Source of the DNA: Squalus acanthias
Lineage: Eukaryota
Assembly: GCA_030390025.1 (NCBI GenBank)
Contig: CM059425.1
Span: forward strand, 175,834,001 to 175,898,000
DNA length: 64,000 nucleotides
Direction of reading: 5' to 3'
Numbering within the stretch: the stretch's first letter is position 1; every line of letters begins with the position of its first letter. Shown piece by piece: positions 61,401-64,000 of this stretch. Both the position numbers and the translations under genes were made by a program. Below the pieces are notes generated by a model that did no database searches, was not told where the DNA came from, and was given only the letters and a program-made list of their open reading frames with translations.

Positions 61401-61527
61401 GGACTCTGGTCCATGGCCCGCAGCGGGTAAACGGGCTAGGGGCCCTCTACCGCTACGAGAACCCAAACGGGTGCGGCTCTCCCTCATCCAACGGCTACGA
61501 AATGGAGGGAGCATTCCGGCCTCCTAA
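58432..61527 (+). CDS. pol: Pol polyprotein (protease, RT, RNase H, integrase)
   Basis: 1031-aa open ORF with LIDSGS, DLKSAYHQ, LPFG, YLDN, CDAS, EKEA, TDQ, HHCC, IDFKGP, SDRG and GQVERFN. Confidence 0.95.
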   Translation: MFQLKTIVLPLGFFSRRNTPRISATLCATTPITAACPQNLFHAATKASIKGHTLDALIDSGSTDSFIREQTVAQLKLHVFPSDQAVAMAQSSLNTRISGFCVVEIMLKGHRYPSTRLSVLKDLCSDLILGLDFQKQHKKLTIEFGGSKPELTISNIRPRLPFCALSAASLDEPSLFASIPPRCKPIITKSRRFSQEDQSFIAAEISRLLAEDIIEPCSSPWRAQVVIVKNPLQPHKKRLCIDYSQTINQYTDLDAYPLPRIDDMVNKLAEYTVFSTYDLKSAYHQVPLKVSDKQYTAFEANGRLYQFRRLPFGVTNGVAVFQRAMDDLVKQEDLKDTFPYLDNITVAGRNQQEHDANLQRFWDALQHRNLTLNAAKSIESQPTINILGYCVGNGIIKPDPERLRPLQELPPPKNPASLRRALGLFAYYAKWIPNFSDRIQPLLKASTFPLDTTAVAAFNLLKKQLEKAALHSIDESLPFVVECDASEVAISATLNQEGRPVAFLSRTFQGAELHYPPVEKEATAIIEAVRKWSHLLARQHFTLITDQRSVAFMLDNRKRTKIKNNKIQLWRLELASFGYTIHYRPGKENVAPDTLTRAFCSAMAPSTLVDIHDGLCHPGVTRMLHFVRSRNLPFSTGDVKKMCSDCRVCAELKPRFFRPSGGILIHATQPMQRLSIDFKGPLPSSTRNTYLLTMVDEYSRFPFAFPCPNMLTTTVISCLEQVFAFCGMASYVHSDRGPSFMSGELKAYLSERGIAASKTTPYHPVGNGQVERFNAIIWNAVRLALRSRGLPNQQWEAVLPDALHSTRSLLSTATNTTPHERFFRFQRRSSYGTSLPSWLTTPGPVLLRRYVRASKNDPLVDEVELTDVNPTYAYIRYPDGRESTVSLRDLAPCPPKHRGTPGDDIVPGTSLGLPGASHHDRDLTPAGTSLQRADLGQTDYEPVGARTRSHDQPCTVRSETDLPQPCPTPIRVPVHGQDRSDPSQSGLEHSDSGPWPAAGKRARGPLPLREPKRVRLSLIQRLRNGGSIPAS

Positions 61528-61533
61528 TCTTTT

Positions 61534-61545
61534 GGGGGGGGAGAA
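61534..61545 (+). promoter_or_regulatory. Polypurine tract
   Basis: GGGGGGGGAGAA immediately before the 3' LTR. Confidence 0.9.
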
Positions 61546-61728
61546 TGTGGTAACACTTTTCAGCTTCCTGTATGACATCACTTCCTGTAATCAGTCCAGG
61601 ATAAATACTGGACTGATCAGTTAGCTCTGGAAGAGGCATAGGGTAAGACCTCTTTTGTATGCAGCACCGTTTTAAGTTGATTAAAGCTTACATTAAGTTT
61701 ACCACGCGTAAGGCTCATTCTTACGACA
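61546..61728 (+). repeat. 3' LTR (183 bp)
   Basis: Identical to the 5' LTR and followed by the TSD CTGTG. Confidence 0.97.
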
Positions 61729-64000
61729 CTGTGCACAGTTTTGGTCTCCTTATCTAAGGAAGGATATACTTGCCTTGGAGGCGGTGCAATGAAGGTTCAG
61801 TAGATTGATTCCTGGGATGAGAGGGCTGTCCTATGATGAGAGATTGTGTAGAATGGGCCTGTACTCTCTGGAGTTTAGAAGAATGAGAGGTGATCTCATT
61901 GAAACATACAAGATTCTGAAGGGGATTGACAGGGTAGATGCTGAGAGGTTGTTTCCCCTGGCTGGAGTGTCTAGAACTAGGGGCATAGTCTCAGGATAAG
62001 GGGTAGGCCATTTAAGACTGAGATGAGGAAGAATTTCTTCACTCAGAGGGTTGTGAATCTTTGGAATTCTCTGCCCCAGAGGGCTGCGAATGCTGAGTCT
62101 TTGAGTATATTCAAGGCTGAGATAGATAGATTTTTAGACTCTAGGGGAATCAAGGGATATGGAGATCGGGCGGGAAAGTGGAGTTGAGGTTGATGATCAG
62201 CCATGATCTTATTGAATGGTGGAGCAGGCTCGAGGGGCTGTATGGCCTACTCCTGCTCTTACTTCTTATGTTCTTATGTACTTACCACCAAAATGTTCTC
62301 CCACTGATACCCATTCTACCTGCCCAGCTTCATTCCCTAAACTAAGTCCAGAACTACCCCCTGTCTTGTTGGGCTTGTTACATACTGGCTAAAAAAGTTC
62401 TCCCGAATGCATTTTAAGAAATCTGCGCCATCTATACCTTTTACACTGATTTTATCCCAGTTAATTTTTGAGTAGTTGATATCCTCTACTATTACTGCCC
62501 TATTGTTATTGCACTTCTCAGAAATTTGCCTACATGTTTGCTCTTCTATCTCTCTCTGACTGTTTGGGGTCTATAATACACTCCCAGCAGTGTGATTGCC
62601 CCTTTTTTGTTCTTCAGTTCAACCCATATGGCCTCATTTGATGATACTTCTAGCATATCATCCCTCCTGACAGCTCTAATTGTTTTTTTAACCAATATTG
62701 CGACCCCACTCCTTTTTTATCCCCCTCTCTATCTCGTCTGAAAATCCTGTATCCAGGAATGTTGAGCTGCCATTCCTGCCCTTCTTTAAGCCATGTTTCA
62801 GTAATAGCTATGATATTATACTTCCACATGTCTATCTGTGCCCTCAGCTCATCTGCCTTATTCACTAGACTCCTTGCATTAAGTAAGTACCATTAAGCAC
62901 TGCCAAACACCCTTGTTTATTTTCTAGCCTTTGTTCCTCTGCCTTCCAAACACGCTTACTAATTTTCTGCCTTCCACTTCCAGCTTTGCTCCTCTCCCTT
63001 CTGAATCTACGCTCAAGTTCCCATCCCCCTGCCAAGCTAGTTTAAAACCTCTCCAACAGCACTAGCAAAACTACCCGCGACGATATTGGTCCCAGCCCTG
63101 TTGAGATGCAACCCGTCCGCCTTGTACAGGGCCCACCTCCCCCAGAAACAGTCTCAATGCCCCAGGAATCTAAAGCTCTCGCTCCTGCACCATCTCTCCA
63201 GCCACGCGTTCATCTGTTCCATCCTCCTATTTCTGTACTCACTAGTGCGTGTCACTAGGTGTAATCCGGAGATTACTACCTTCATCTTCAGATACAGCAA
63301 TAAAAGAGTTTATTTTCTCACTTTGGTAGCTAAAAAGATCTTAAGCTCTTAGTATGCTCCAGCCTTATCTTTCTAGTATAACAGTAATATTATAATAATA
63401 GAGCTACTTCTGATTTTACAGTAACTTTATTATCGCAATGTTACTGTTTCAATATCATAGGGCATGAGCTGAAAGCTTACAAAACTGTGCGATAGAGGGA
63501 CACTTTCATTTTGAAGAGGGAGACACTCATTTCCATGAACCAACTGGCAGTCAGAATAGAACGTAAAATTGTTTTGTCTAGTCCCATTCAAAATAGGACT
63601 AAGAAAATCAGGGCAAAATCTCACTGTAACAGCATAACGTTGACAGAAGTGAATTGTACAGAGTTTCCTTCAGGCATACTGAGTGGGTTCAGTAACCGCT
63701 GTCGCTTATATTCGAATTCAACATTAAGGGAGGGCAGCTTGGGAAAGTATAAACAGCACATACGGAACCAATAATCCCACGGCGCAAGTTTCAGTATATA
63801 GAGATGATTTGGACTTGGGAATCTGGAGCTGTGAGAAGCCAGTGGAGTGTGAAAGGCCTGAAGAATGTGAAGTTTAGCCTTAAAGAGAGTTCAGCCTTGT
63901 TGGGCAAGAATTATTTTTCTTCAATTTAATACTTGCATGAAATAGGAGGAGATACATTTTGTGAGAGTTTATTGCTACTGGGAGTTCAGGCTAAAATTGA

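Larger units (their letters stand above)
57308..61728 (+). mobile_element. Full-length Ty3/Gypsy LTR retrotransposon (Mag-like gag)
   Basis: Identical TG..CA LTRs, TSD CTGTG, gag plus pol in PR-RT-RH-IN order, and a PPT. Confidence 0.97.
55845..62279 (+). mobile_element. CR1 LINE (5'-truncated, internally deleted), split by the Gypsy element
   Basis: Endonuclease and RT motifs at 55845-57307. It resumes at 61734, where EYC|AQFWSP is restored. Ends in a TTCTTATG tail. Confidence 0.92.
49661..63282 (-). mobile_element. Older CR1 LINE, (ATTCTATG)n-tail family, in three pieces: 49661-51331, 55246-55844, ~62281-63282
   Basis: ORF1 esterase C-terminus (63282-63040), endonuclease (AITETWL), linker and RT are collinear once the nested inserts are removed. 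Confidence 0.85.

Noticed and set aside
61079..61624. env-like or extra ORF in the Gypsy element
   Set aside because: These are short overlapping frames in the low-complexity pol tail, with no signal peptide, TM pattern or chromodomain recognised.

Overview
Eukaryotic, transposon-dominated DNA with no confidently identifiable host gene. It is most likely a cartilaginous fish (shark); this is inferred from the CR1/HER1-like LINEs, SacSINE1/DeuSINE-like SINEs and Penelope-type short repeats. Main contents: (i) five bounded PIF/Harbinger DNA transposon copies or derivatives, several further fragments and MITEs. The fuller copies carry a DDE transposase convergent with a 3-exon Myb/SANT gene. (ii) Many CR1-clade LINEs, including one near full-length copy (25057-29652). 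(iii) A very young Ty3/Gypsy element (57308-61728) with identical 183-bp LTRs, a 5-bp TSD, no tRNA PBS but a 12-bp LTR-complementary putative self-priming site, pol in the +1 frame and a YLDN RT motif. (iv) A 1120-bp solo LTR. (v) Penelope-type short repeats carrying minimal hammerhead-ribozyme motifs. In one of these the ribozyme module alone has been amplified into a 49 x 32-bp tandem array (41802-43369), which is the most unusual structure in the window. There is no CRISPR array. All alignments were done by eye.
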